DNA of 64,000 nucleotides from Octopus bimaculoides (lineage: Eukaryota): assembly GCF_001194135.2 (NCBI RefSeq), contig NC_068981.1, positions 136,581,281-136,645,280 on the forward strand. Reading direction: 5' to 3'. Positions 1-12,289 of the stretch are shown one piece after another; the stretch's first letter is position 1, and every line of letters starts with the position of its first letter. The notes under the pieces are model-generated. The model searched no databases and was not told the DNA's origin. It was given only the letters and a program-made list of their open reading frames with translations. The position numbers were made by a program, and so were the translations under genes.

Positions 1-535
1 AAGCAATCACATCATAAAATTTCAAGTTAATGCAGGATAAATTCAAAACAATGTGAATAAATAAGCATTTATAGGCATAGGAGTGGCTGTGTGGTAAGTA
101 GCTTGCTTACCAACCACATGGTTCTGGGTTCAGTCCCACTGTGTGGCACCTTGGGCAAGTGTCTTCTACTATAGCCTCAGGTCGACCAAAGCCTTGTGAG
201 TGGATTTGGTAGACAGAAACTGAAAGAAGCCCGTCGTATATATGTATATATATGTGTGTGTATGTGTGTGTGTGTGTGTGTATGTTTGTGTGTCTGTGTT
301 TGTCCCCCCCAACAACGCTGGACAACCGATGCTGGTATGTTTACATCCCCGTAACTTAGCGGTTCAGCAAAAGAGATCGATAGAATAAGTACTAGGCTTA
401 CAAAGAATAAGTCCTGGGGTCGACTTGCTCGACTAAAGGCGGTGCTCCAGCATGGCCACGGTCAAATGACTGAAACAAGTAAAAGAGTAAAAGAGTATTA
501 CGTTTGACAGAATAATCTGAATGCTGAAGGGTTAA
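1..535 (+). mobile_element. piggyBac-type MITE (family D), right part, split by a SINE-A insertion
   Basis: 1-70 and 496-535 match the internal and terminal parts of complete copies at 63590-63818 and 36557-36780; ends ...AATGCTGAAGGGTTAA (GGG + TTAA). Confidence 0.6.
78..495 (+). mobile_element. tRNA-derived SINE family A, full length
   Basis: A-box-like TGGCTGTGTGG, B-box-like GGTTCAGTCCC, CCTTGGGCAAGTG central motif, internal (TA)n(TG)n, (GTAAAAGA)n tail; near-identical copies at 20048, 21375 and 59144. Confidence 0.85.
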
Positions 536-544
536 TGTCTGTGT

Positions 545-705
545 TTCGATTGCTTGCATGGATCAGATGGAATTGGTTGAGGCAGATTTTCTATGACTGT
601 AAGTCCTTCCTGTCACAAACCCTCACCTATTTCCCGGTAAAGTAATATTTTTCCATGGCTACACATGGTTTTCATGAAGGACAGGAAATGAATAACCTCA
701 TTCAT

Positions 706-738
<33 letters not shown>

Positions 739-830
739 GTGATGTTGATGATGATGATGATGCTCATTTATAACCGTCACATGATGTCAAGATAAGAGTA
801 CATATGTATGTATACAACAGGCAAAAAAAG
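545..830 (-). mobile_element. interspersed repeat family F (shares a domain with the RTE 3' end)
   Basis: GAGGCAGATTTTCTATG...GTCCTTCCTGTCAC..AACCCTCACCT motif recurs at ~21985-22115, 24880-25095, 62360-62565 and 63105-63325. Confidence 0.5.
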
Positions 831-1075
831 AAAAAAAGATACACAGGACAATATTGCCCTCAATATGCCAAAATACAGGAAAATCATGTTATCCTTGATT
901 TCAGTCTGCTCAATCCAGCAGGAATGGCCTGGGGTTGAATAACAATAACACTTGTTTGTTTGTTACCAGGTTAAATTTTCTTAAGCATCTTCCAATTCCA
1001 TAAGGAGAAGCTCACAATCTAAGAGATATTTTGTAACTTGATGGATCCTCAGTTACCATTGGTCTCTGGCTATTG

Positions 1076-1415
1076 TAGTGGTTCTCAACTGAAGTTCATA
1101 TGGCCCCTGAGGGTCCGTATAAGATTTTTGGGGTTCCATGCAATAAAATTGTAAATTGGGGATCCACAATAGTATTTTAAAGGGACCTGAAAACATTTAG
1201 CTTCAGATGTATGTATTGCAAGAAACAACTGGGTTTCTTTCTCTAGCATTTTACGTAGTTCAACCTACACAAGGGAATGTGTGAAAAACAAAATAGGAAT
1301 TTTGAAAGACGTTTCTATATAACTAGTTTTGAAACATCAAAATGCCTATGGGGGTCCACCAGAATAAAATAGTAATCAAAGGGACCTGTAGGTAAAAAAT
1401 GGTTGAGAACCCCTG
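1076..1415. mobile_element. hAT (Charlie-like) MITE
   Basis: TIRs TAGTGGTTCTCAAC / GTTGAGAACCCCTG; imperfect flank duplication gctattg / gtattg; no transposase similarity. Confidence 0.7.
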
Positions 1416-1830
1416 GTATTGCAATGTTTATAGTTTCATTAAGTCTAACATTGCATCTTACTAAATCATCATCAGCAACATAAGAAATTAATATTTTTTC
1501 ACAAAGCTGCTCCAGCATGATAAAAATCTGTATCTTGAAATTTATGATTTATGACTGATGCTATATTTGAGTTTCCTTAAAGCATGACCAATCAGACTTA
1601 ATCTTTTTTCAGCATAAAATGCCATCAGCTGAGAGAGGCTATTCTCTTACAAAATTATTCATCCATTATTTTCTCATGTAAAAAAATAAATAAATAAACT
1701 CCAGTTGTGATCCATGAAAGAGAATTATGTTAAGTGTTTATCTCATCTCTTCTGCTGGTGTTTCTATTATTGTCCAGATCTTGTTACTATAGAACAGAAC
1801 TGCTTCAATGAATGATTCAGAAAGTTAACA

Positions 1831-2240
1831 CAGGAGCAGGCATGGCTGTTTGGTAAAGAGGTTTGTCTTACAACCATTTGGTTTCAGGTTCAGTCCTACT
1901 GCACAGCACCTTGGGCAAGTGTCTTCTGTTATGGCACAAGGCCCACCAATGCCTTGCGAAGGATTTTAGTCGACAGATCCTGAAAGAAGTCGGTCATATA
2001 TGTGAATGTGTGTGGGGAGGGTGCTTTTGTGCTCATTGTCCACCATCACCACTTGACAACTGGTGTTGGTTTGTTTATGTCTCCATAACTTAATGGTTTG
2101 GCAAAAGAGGGTGATGGAATAAGCAGTAGCCTTAAAAAAACAAAAGTACTGGGGTTGATTTGTTTGATGAAGCTTTTCAAGGTGATGCCCCAGCATAGCT
2201 GCAGTCCAATGACTGAAACAAGTAAAAGACATTAAAAAGA
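1831..2240 (+). mobile_element. SINE family A, diverged full-length copy
   Basis: Colinear with 78-495 with many CpG-decay substitutions. Confidence 0.75.
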
Positions 2241-2289
2241 TTTATTCTACTATTGCTGACAGCATAATTCCAAATACAAGTAAAATTTG

Positions 2290-2810
2290 TCTGCTGCTAG
2301 CCAAGATAATTAGTGTCTCTGTCAAAAATTATTTTTACTGTCTGCTTTGTCAAATCTGTGATAACAAAAGTGTATGACAATAAGAAAACAAGTTCCTGAG
2401 ATGAAATATATGATTATATCACATACAGGAAGTTTTAGAGAAAGACAGATACTGAATAATCTGTCTCCGGTACCATTTCCATTTTCCTTTTGTAGAGACA
2501 TATGCAAGTTTGTCTCCCAGAAATATGCCTCAGGATATTTCAAATTCATTATAGTTGCCAGGAATAGTATACAAGATAAGTATTAGTTTTAATAGACAAA
2601 GCCATAACAACATTAATTAATGAATTTGGCACTTAATAAAAGCTTAGGATATCTTGAATTGTAGCTCTGTTTACACAGTCAAATGCCTTAGAAAAGTTCA
2701 CAAAAGCTAATAGGAGATTGCATTTTGTTGAGCTGCAGGCATTGATGCATATTCTTAATGATAGCATTTGTTTAGTAGTATTTCCATTTAGCCTGAAGCT
2801 ATACTGAAAA
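2290..2810 (-). pseudogene. decayed non-LTR reverse transcriptase fragment (RTE-like)
   Basis: Manual translation: QYSFRLNGNTTKQMLSLRICINACSSTKCNLLLAFVNFSKAFDCVNRATIQDILSFY*, then EFEIS*GIFLGDKLAY and a frameshifted ITDL-DKADS. These match the RT motifs FxDFxKAFDxV, GVxQGDxLAP and DLDxADD. Confidence 0.7.
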
Positions 2811-3114
2811 CTTTAAATTAATTTCTTCAGTTTTGTTTTTGAAATTTCTTTGGATATTGCAAGTACTTCTGTGTCTGTTTTGGCAGGGTTTTTATGGCTG
2901 GATGCCCTTCCTAACACCAACCACCTGCAGAGTGGACTGGTGGTGCATCAGCATGGTTGCAGCTCTAAGCTGAAACTATAAACAACAACATATAGATAAT
3001 GCTCGAAGTGAGGAGTAGATAGACAGCCTGACAACTGATGGAGGGACCTTTCTCTGTGTTTACTTGTCCTGTTCTCCATTTTTTTTTTTCTTGTTGTTTA
3101 CGTATTTTACTCAT

Positions 3115-3368
3115 TTGGAGATCATGCTTCACCACTTCATCCTATGTCTTCCTGATTCTACCTCTACCACAGGTTCCCTCCACAGTTAGGGATCAGCACT
3201 TCTCTACACAACTGTCCTCATCCATATGCATCACATGACCATACCAGCGCATTCATCTCTCTGGCACACCACATCTGATGCCTCTTATGCCTAACTTTTC
3301 TCTCAAGATGCTTACACTTTCGATGTCGACATGCACACTGACATTGCATATCCAGCGAAGCATACTGG
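3115..3368 (-). mobile_element. RTE-clade LINE ORF2 C-terminal fragment
   Basis: Translates to ASMLRWICNVSVH...LREKLGIRGIRCGVPER*MRWYGHVMHMDEDSCVEKC*SLTVEGTCGRGRIRKT*DEVVKHDL; the MLRW, RWYGHV and GRGRxRKTW motifs are typical of RTE ORF2. Confidence 0.85.
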
Positions 3369-3369
3369 C

Positions 3370-3830
3370 TATATATATATACACACACACACATATATAT
3401 ATTATATATAGAGGGAGAGAAAGTGGAGGGAGAGTAGAGAGAAGAGAGCGTGGGAAGAAGGAATACAAAGAAAGTAAATGAAATGAAGGGATGAGAACTG
3501 ACAGAAAACAATGCAAGGAGAGGAGGGGGGGAGAATAACATGCTTCCACCACCACCACCACCACCACCATCACTATCACTATCACCATTATCATCAATAT
3601 CATCACCACCAGCAACAACACAATAGTACTGATACCACTATTAACAAAATATGCCAATCAGCAAACCTCCTCCAACCACCACAGAAAAAAGAAAAACCAA
3701 AACTACAAACACCCCCTCTACATCACTTATCAACAATAACATATGTTACATTTAAACATCATCAACACCACCACCATCACTTCTGCCATCACGTCCTCTG
3801 CTTCCTTTTCACCTTATTACAACATTACAT
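3370..3830. repeat. compound microsatellites (TA, CA, GA, CAC/CAT)
   Basis: Visible directly; source of the His/Val-rich ORFs in the track. Confidence 0.9.
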
Positions 3831-5284
3831 TTAGCCTAAGCATGGAATGTCTGCAGCTTAGTGCACAGCAATAATCGATCAAGGATTAGCATTACTATAT
3901 CTTAATGTGATAAGAGAGTGAGATCTTTCAGAGATAGATACAGTGACATGTGATCAACTTCCACATGGCACTGTGCCACACGTGGTAATGTAAGCTTCTC
4001 ATGATTAGCTGTTATTTAACCCCAGGTTGTGACCTGATCCATGAGTCCTGTGATGAATGGTTTTCCGTTCATCAAGACTTACACTATTCAATGAGTTTTT
4101 TTATGTATTTTGCTTTATTTAAGGCAGTGATGTGTGAGTTAAGGGACATATAGTTATTATTTCAAGCAGGTCAGTCCAGTGATCACCTAGAAACCCCTTG
4201 TTACAGTAACTGCAAATGTATGCATGTGTATGTGTGTGTGTATGTATTTGATATATATCTTGCTTCCCAACCACATGGTTCTGGGTTCAGCATTAAGACT
4301 GCTTCAGTGACAAAGATTAATATATATATATATATATTATACAAATTCGATGACTGGCACCTGTGCCAGTGGAGCACTAAGAGCACCATCCGAGCATGAT
4401 CGCTGCCAGAGCAGCTGACTAGCTTCCGTGCTGGTGGCACATATAAAGCACCATTCAAATGTGTTCGTTACCAGCATCGCCTTACTGATGTTGGTGTGTT
4501 TATGTCCCCTGTAGCATTAGCGGTTCAGCAAAAGACACCGATAAAATAAGTACTAGGTTTACAAAGAGTAAGTCTTGGTGTCGATTTGTTCGACTAAAAG
4601 GCTGTGCTCCATCTTGGCCACAATCAAATGACTGAAACAAATAACAGAATCAAAGAGTAAAAAAATAGGGCTGATTTGTTTGACTAAAACCATTGAAGGC
4701 AGTGCTCCAGCATGGCCATGGTCTTGTGACTAAAGCAATTAAAAAGATAAAGTTAAAAAAAGGATCTGTTATATTCCTTTTTCCTTAACTTTTTCCTTTA
4801 CTTCATCTTATATGAATTATCAAAAAGTTACATTCCACATCTACAAAGTGGCTGTTGACACAATTCCAAAGCATCTCAGAAGAATTTTATGATGCAATGG
4901 AATTTTGTCAATGGCTACATCACAGAAACACTCCTTGACACTTCTTAATAAAAACAGAAGTGCTTTTTCACACTCCTGAGAAACTTGGAAACTTCATGAT
5001 TTCTTACACTGGTAAGAAGCCAGAAATTTGTCATGGAGAAATATAATACATTGAACTAGTCTCAATATATACCTGTTATCTTTGTTTTTTTTTTTTAATC
5101 AATACTGGAATAAGCAATGGAGGATCCTGTGAGAAATAGCTGCCGAATCTACTGCAGTTTCAAAGTACTGTCTTTAATAAGAGGACAAATCAGACATTGT
5201 AGTCTAGGAAACCCCTTAAAGCAGAGAAGATAGTCATAGGTAAAATACTTTTAAGCAAAGATCTGCTAGATCAGCTTCAACCAC

Positions 5285-5700
5285 CACCATCATCATTTGA
5301 TGTCCATTGTCCATGCTGGCACTGGTTGGACGGTTTGACTGGGCTGGTAAGGAGGAAGGCTGTGCCAGGCTCCAGTCTGATTTGGCATGGTTTTCTATGG
5401 TTGGATGCCCTTCCCAACGCCAATCACTCTGAGAGTGTCATGGGTGCTTTTGTGTGCCACCAGAAAGGGTGCCATTTGCATGACATTGGTATCTACCATG
5501 ACTGTGATTTTGCTTGGCTTGATGGGACTTCTTCTCAAGCATGACATAATGCCAAAGGTCTTAGTCATTGCCTCCGTGAGGCCCAACACTGGAAAGGAGC
5601 TTGACCACTTTGCCTCCATGAGGCCCAATGCTCAAAAGGAGCTCAGCCACCTCACCTCCATGAGGCCCAACACTCAACTCAGTCCCTTTGCCTCAGAGGA
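5285..5700 (-). mobile_element. RTE LINE 3' end with ~3 copies of a 42-bp unit
   Basis: (CAT)n tail, TGGATGCCCTTCC domain, GCCTCC.TGAGGCCCAA units at 5570, 5612 and 5654. Confidence 0.75.
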
Positions 5701-6358
5701 TAACAAACAATCCAGTCAGTATTTGAACTCAGAATGTAAAAGAGATTTAGCAAAAAACTGCAATGCAATTAGCCCATCACACTGCTATTTCTAGCATTTC
5801 AGCAGTCTGAGGAAGAGGTCAACAAACTATGGCTTGCAGCCTCAGTTCATTTGACCTGCTGACTTTATTGAATATGTGCCACTGCTGTAAAATTTCTTTA
5901 TTTTTGCTGAGAAAAAAATATAAATTTTCAATATCGAAAAATAGAACAAATTTTTCAGTCTTGTAGTTGCTTTGAATCAATGTTTTATGTTTTACAGCTG
6001 TATGGGTTAAGAAGCTTGATTTCCAACTGTGGTCTTGAGTTCAGTCTCATTGTACAACACATTGGGCAAGTGTTTACTCCAGGCTTGGGTTGACCAAAGT
6101 CTTGTAAATAGATTTAGTAGACAGAAACTTAAAGAAGCCTACATCTTATATAAAGCAGCAGTTTCCTTGATATTACTCATTTGGCTTCAAATAGGCTCAT
6201 TAGATCACAAATAGGTTCATGTTTTGTTGTAAAATATATAACTTCTTTATCAATGTTTTTACATTTCCTATCTTTCCTTTCTCCAGCTAAGTGCAGAACT
6301 ATGTGTGCTGTAGATTTGGTTTTACCAATGCAATACATTATCATTATTATATATACTG

Positions 6359-6588
6359 AAGGTGGCAAGCAGGCAGAATCGTTAGCTCGCTGAATGAAAT
6401 GCTCAGTGGTATTTCACCTGTCGTTAAATTCTGAGTTCAAATTCTACCGAAGTCGACTTTACCTTTCATCCTTCTGGGAGGGGGGGGGGTCAATAAAATA
6501 AATACCAGTTGAACACTGGGGTTGATGTAATCAACTCATTCCCTCCCCCAAAATTGCGGTCCTTGTGGTACAATTTGAAACCATTATT
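6359..6588 (+). mobile_element. tRNA-derived SINE family B
   Basis: GGTGGCAAGCAGGCAGAATCGTTAGC head, B-box GAGTTCAAATTC, GTCGACTTT.CCTTTCATCC core, ends in ATTATT; about 20 copies in the window. Confidence 0.8.
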
Positions 6589-6635
6589 ACATGGATTGAC
6601 CATGTTTCATATGTTTATAATCACAAAAATTATTA

Positions 6636-6740
6636 GTGCTGTTGAATATCCTTTATCTGAAATTCCAAAATTCCCAAAACCTCAAAATATCCAAGAGTTA
6701 TTTCAATGCTGACATAGCATGCCACAAATGAAAAATTTAA
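6636..6740 (+). mobile_element. possible pogo/Tigger-like terminal fragment
   Basis: GTTGAATATCCTTTATCTGAAATTCCAAAA...GCTGACATAGCATGCCACAAATGAAAAATT resembles Tigger4/Zombi ends as I recall them; no second TIR found. Confidence 0.35.
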
Positions 6741-7034
6741 CAATGTTGAGAAGTTTTCCACTAAATACAGCTGTTGTGTTCTGTTTACAACATATGAGCT
6801 TATTAACTGCGACCATCATGTTTTGTTTTTCATTTTTTGGTACAGTAAACACAAAATGCTATTTTTACATGAAATGTAAAGATGACATATGAGTGTTTAG
6901 CATTTGCTGAACAACTTGCACAAATGATTTGTTTATAACAATCAAATGTATGTACTGTACAATTGTTCACTCTCGCTGTTAAATTGATGTTGCCTGAACA
7001 AGTACACAATGTACCATACATCAAGTGTTGAAGC

Positions 7035-7150
7035 AATCACAGAGCAATGTGAAATGAAGTGTTTTGCTCAAGAACACAATGCACCGCCTGGTCTAGGAAT
7101 TGAAACCATGATCTCATGATTGTGATTGCAACACCCTAACCTGTAGGCCA
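7035..7150 (-). mobile_element. SINE family E head fragment
   Basis: Reverse complement matches the 5' half of 48012-48270. Confidence 0.55.
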
Positions 7151-8275
7151 TGTATATACTTCTAATAGTATTATTAATAATTAAAAACTTATTACAAAAT
7201 GGCAGAATTTATGTAAATATACATTTCTTTGACTGTATTCTTCTGAAAATAGGCTTTTGTGCCTGAAATATAAAGGTTTTTTAAAACCTTCTGCTTTGTT
7301 AGAAGCTTTTCTTATTTCTCATTTCATTCATTATTCTACTTCTGTACTACAATGCTGCAAGCAAACTACAATGCTCTTCAAAATTATTTTATGATGTACA
7401 TATGATTACAAGTTCATTTCAATAGATTCTTGTAGAGTTTACAGCAACCTTCATCTTTCTGAGCCATCTAAGGCCCTTTTATTTATTGATTCTAAGAGCG
7501 ATGCTACCAGCATTGAACATTTGGGAAAGATTTATTACAGCTGAGTTGGAATAAGTACTAGGGATATATTGGGGTCTCTTAGATCATGAAGATGTTCTTA
7601 ATAGTTCAACTACATATTTCTTAATTATTTGTGTTGGATTTATAAACATTATTACACATAGACACACACATCAGTCAGCGAGTATTAGGAAAATACTTAG
7701 TGGCATTTCGTCTGTCTTTATGTTCCAAGTTCAAATTTTGCTGAGGTTGACTTGGCCTTCCATCTTTTTGGAGTTATTAAATTAAGCACCAATTGAACAT
7801 TTTACTAAATGTAAAGCTCCCTCCCTTGAAGTCTCTGGCCTTGTGTCAAATATGAAACTGTTATTACACACATACATATATGCACATAAATACTCGTATT
7901 TATATATATAAGCTCACATACACTTACGCGTTAGAGATTTGATGGAAGAATAACTGGAAGAACAGCGAATGAAAAAGAATAAAAATGGATGAAAATAATA
8001 AAAATAAAAATGATAAGAAATGAAATGATAATATGTTAAAATACCAGTGAAACTTCACACACTACAAGAAACTATTTGATATATTGTTCAATGACTTTTA
8101 GAGTCGATGTCGAATCCAGTATAATAAATACATCACCTCCCTGCAGGAATGGAACACGCTTTCTTAGGAATTCTTTGCCATAAAAGTAATGAATACATCT
8201 AAATAGCCAAAGGAGGAAATCTGGGAAACTAGTTTGAAGATAAGCATCTTAAAGCCAGTATTATTGACACCAAAG

Positions 8276-8319
<44 letters not shown>

Positions 8320-8811
8320 CATTTTTACAAAGATTAAAACCTGTTCTTTGAGATTCCATTCTCATACTTAAAAAGTTGAGGTGACATTAGTGATAAGCGC
8401 AAGAATATCATTGGGATAGATGTAACTGTTACAGAGATAAGCAAAGTTTATTTAGTGACATTAGTGACACAAGATCAGTAAAATATATCTTGAATGTGTT
8501 TTTACTTCTACTTGAAGAGAGAACATCTATAATTGTGTCTACAGAATACATAACATTCTGTTGAGATGGCGGCAGCTTACATCGTGTTTGTAATATAGTA
8601 GTATTGTGTTTTAATGACCAAGATATCTAACACCCCAAAAGACTAAACTATCAACCTGACAATAGGTTCTACTATCATAGAATAAAAAGAAACACTGCTC
8701 TATTGTTATTGTTTAGCTCCAAGTCAGCCTTGATTCAGGAGACATATAATCAAAGGCATTCAAGCCATCACATCCCATTCTTTTATTTCTTTTGTTTTTT
8801 TCTAATGAGAA

Positions 8812-9180
8812 AGGATCTTCAGACACTGGACCTCACTGAGGAAATGACAAGAGACCAGGAGTTTGCTGTACTTAAGAAGACACATCAAGCTAAGTAAAAT
8901 CGCAGTCATCTGGACATACTGGCTTGTCCTTTACAGGTGCTGGTGCCATGAAAATGCATTCCTGCCAGTGCTGCATAATTGCACCCATACCAGTGGCACA
9001 TAAATGGCACCCAGCACACTCTGTGAAGTGGTTGACATTAGCAAGGACATCCAGCTGTAGAAACCATGCCACAACAGACAACTGGTGTCTGGACTGCTCC
9101 ACCGGCTGGCGAGCTCCCGTCAAACTGTCTGACCCATGCTAACATTGGAAACCAATATTAAACAATGATGATGATGAGTG
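8812..9180 (+). mobile_element. RTE LINE 3' end (last codons plus 3'UTR)
   Basis: RKDLQTLDLTEEMTRDQEFAVLKKTHQAK* followed by the family-C 3'UTR and a (GAT)n tail; links family C to RTE ORF2. Confidence 0.8.
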
Positions 9181-9730
9181 TGACCTAGATTACATTATCC
9201 TATGTGGGTCCATTATCATTATAGGTCATAGGTTCAATTTCTGGCCTAGGCAGCACATTCTGCCCTTGAGCAATACACTCCATTTCACATTGCTTCAATC
9301 CTTTCAAACAAAAGTAAGAAACAGTGACACCTAGTGGGGATGGGATTACCCTGCAACAGATTGGCATCCCATTCAGCAGAATTTTTTTACACTTTGCTTA
9401 AATGCCACAGAAACTAAGGTTAAGCTCTATCCTGATGAACCTGTAGGCTTGAAAAATACTGTACTTTAAACCTACTAGGACTTGAACTAATCACTTTTCT
9501 GAGCCCTTTCTCTTCAAAACAAAACCCTCCAAAATTCCCTTATGTTCTTCTACTCATGTTCTTCTTGTAGTCATCAATTTGAAGTTGTTCAAGAACATTA
9601 ATTTTATTGATCTTGCTGGTGTCTGAGGGTGTGCAGCAATGACCATTAGCATAACTAATTTCTCTTGACCAAACAACTGAAAAATAAATAAATAAATAAA
9701 TAAATAAAGACAAAAAGGTCTATATACCAC

Positions 9731-10083
9731 ATTGTGTGGTTAAGAAGCTCATTTTGCAAACACTTGGTTTAGGGTTCAGTCCCACTGTGTGACACCTTAG
9801 GCAAGTATCTTCTATTATAGCCCCAAGCTAACAAATACTTTGAGAGTGCATTTTCTGTAGAAAGGAACTTCCTGAAAGTCTTTTGTGTGTGTGTGTGTTT
9901 ATATTTGTTCCTTGCCACTGCTTGATAACTGATGTTGGTTTGTTTATGTCCCCGTGACTTAGGTTAGCAGAGTAATAAGTACTGGGGTCAATTTGTTTGA
10001 TTAAGCCCTTTGAGGTGGTGTCACAGCATGGCTGCAGTCCAATGACTAAAACTAGAAAAACATAAAACCGTAAAAGATAAAAG
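9731..10083 (+). mobile_element. SINE family A, diverged
   Basis: Head, internal (TG)n and tail colinear with 78-495. Confidence 0.7.
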
Positions 10084-10483
10084 GACAGACACAGCTAGTA
10101 AGCCTTTGATCATAGGTATACTCACACAGGACAGTAGGACGTATCTAGGGCTGAACAACAACAGTAGTAGCAGTAGCAGCAGCAGCAACAATTTACAAGT
10201 GAGAAATGATAGAATGACAAGATGATCAATGACTCACCAATTAACAAAGCTCAATCAATCTGCAACTTCCCACCCTACCACTCACCAAACCCCGCCTCCT
10301 CCTCTTCATTCATCTATATTTTCTTACTTCCATTTATTAATTATATAAGCAAATTTATGAAACAAACTCATTGACAGCAATAGCATAGTGCTTATTGCAT
10401 TTCTTCTTTCTATATTGGCAAATTCTCAAAACTTCCATTATATCCAATAATGATTTATTGTTTCTGTTTTTATTGTTTTCCTT

Positions 10484-11770
10484 CTTCTATTTTTTCTCTT
10501 AAAAAAAACAAAATGCAGCTAACATGCACAACCAGTTCTTATCATCAACATGTAATAACGATAATAACAGAAAAAGCTTAAACCAGGCAGTAAAATTACT
10601 GTTAAGGAAGGTTTTAAATCGTAATTGATTCCTTTAACCCTTTAGCAATCAGATTACTCAGTCAAATGTATCATCATCATCATCATCAATGACAACAACA
10701 ACAACAATAACATTTGATATCTGTTTTTTCATGTTGCATCAGCTGGTTGGTTTGATATAAGCTGGTAAGCCAGAGAACTGCACCAAGCTCTTCTGTTTGC
10801 TTTGGCATGGTTTCTACAGCTGGATGCCCTTCCTAGTGCCAACCACTTTACAAAGTGGATAGAATGCTTTTTACATGGCACCAGCACTGGCAAGGTCTGT
10901 TTTGGCATGGTTTCTATTGCTAGATTCCCTTCCTAATGCCAACCACACAACAGAGTGGACTGGATGCTTTTTACATGGCACCAGCACTAGCAAGGTCTGT
11001 TTTGGTATGTTTCTACTTTTGGACGCCCTTCCTAAAGCCAACTACTTTACAGAATGAACTGGGTGCTTTTTATGTGGCATTGGCATCAGTAAGATCACCA
11101 AAGTAACTTGCAAAATAAAACCTTCAACTGATTAATGGCAAAAAACTGAAGGAAGCAGCTTTGTTTCAAATGATGAAAAGTTAAAGTATGATAGAGGAAC
11201 AGAATCAGATGCTTTGCTGCCAAGGAGATACATGGCTATCCCAGTTGAGAGAGAGANNNNNNNNNNNNNNNNNNNNGGGGGGGGGAGAGTGAGAGAGAGA
11301 GAGGGAGAGAAGAGTGAGAGAGAAAGAGAATGAGTGAGATAGAAAGAGAATGAGTGAGAGAGAAGATGCTGGTGATAAAGATGTGTTGAGGCATCTTTAC
11401 CAGGGAGGTAAATGTTAGTGAAGTGGCACAGAAGATTGGACAAGGTGACTGGATAGGTAATTTTACATTGTTTTGAATTAGTCATGCATTATCTCATAGC
11501 TTTGATATTTCAAAGATGTGTTTGTTTATTTCTGAAGAATAAGTGTGTGTGAGAGGCTTCTATTTTTTCTCTTAAAAAAAACAAAATGCAGCTAACATGC
11601 ACAACCAGTTCTTATCATCAACATGTAATAACGATAATAACAGAAAAAGCTTAAACCAGGCAGTAAAATTACTGTTAAGGAAGGTTTTAAATCGTAATTG
11701 ATTCCTTTAACCCTTTAGCAATCAGATTACTCAGTCAAATGTATCATCATCATCATCATCAATGACAACA
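10484..11770 (+). repeat. 214-bp identical direct duplication (10484-10697 = 11557-11770) flanking an N-gap
   Basis: Base-by-base identity at offset 1073; gap at 11257-11276. Confidence 0.95.
10670..11120 (-). mobile_element. RTE LINE 3' end with three 100-bp tandem units, inserted in a family-D MITE
   Basis: TTTGGCATGGTTTCTA... starts at 10801, 10901 and 11001; MITE end TTAACCCTTTAGCAATCAG at ~10635. Confidence 0.75.
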
Positions 11771-12289
11771 GTGGACTGGATGCTTTTTACATGGCACCAG
11801 CACTAGCAAGGTCTGTTTTGGCTGATTTGAGCATAAAACATTATTTGGGCTTGATATGGTCGGTTTAAATGCTAAAGAGTAAGCGTGATTTCACATCAAG
11901 ATAAATCAATAACATAAGATTGTTAAAAAAAACAACTTTTCCAAAAACTTAAAAATCAGAACTGAAATGTAATTAACATAGAATTTGGTTAAATGATGCT
12001 TATACTTCCAGGGAAAAAAAAAAAATTGCTTTCCATGATAAAATAAAATAAATTGTTATTCAAAAAATTTTCTTTTCTTCTGCAGTAAAACAAATATACC
12101 AATTCTATTCAATAATAAAGATTACAGGATCTTATTGATGTTTTTTTTTAATATAATAATAATAATAATAATAATAATAAGTCTATTTGATAAACATGTT
12201 TACTGTATGGATTGAAATGTTAATCTATCAATAATCAATTATTATTATCATGATCATCATGATCATCATTATCATGCTTAATGTCATTT

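Noticed and set aside
2496-2560. Plus-strand acceptor TTTTGTAG followed by a protein-like ETYASLSPRNMPQDISNSL*
   Set aside because: It lies on the antisense strand of the decayed RT fragment, which explains the sequence.
3253-3834. His-, Val- and Met-rich ORFs of 100-134 aa
   Set aside because: Translations of (CAC/CAT)n; only the RTE tail of one ORF is real. The same applies to ORFs at 18607-19255, 25458-25870 and 55835-57030.
8561-8600. GAGATGGCGGC (YY1-like / housekeeping start context)
   Set aside because: The frame stops after 10 codons, there is no donor site and no wider CpG enrichment.
9428-9456. CTGATGA...GAAA resembling a hammerhead
   Set aside because: No proper stem II closing next to GAAA; it is the diverged hairpin tail of a family-E SINE.
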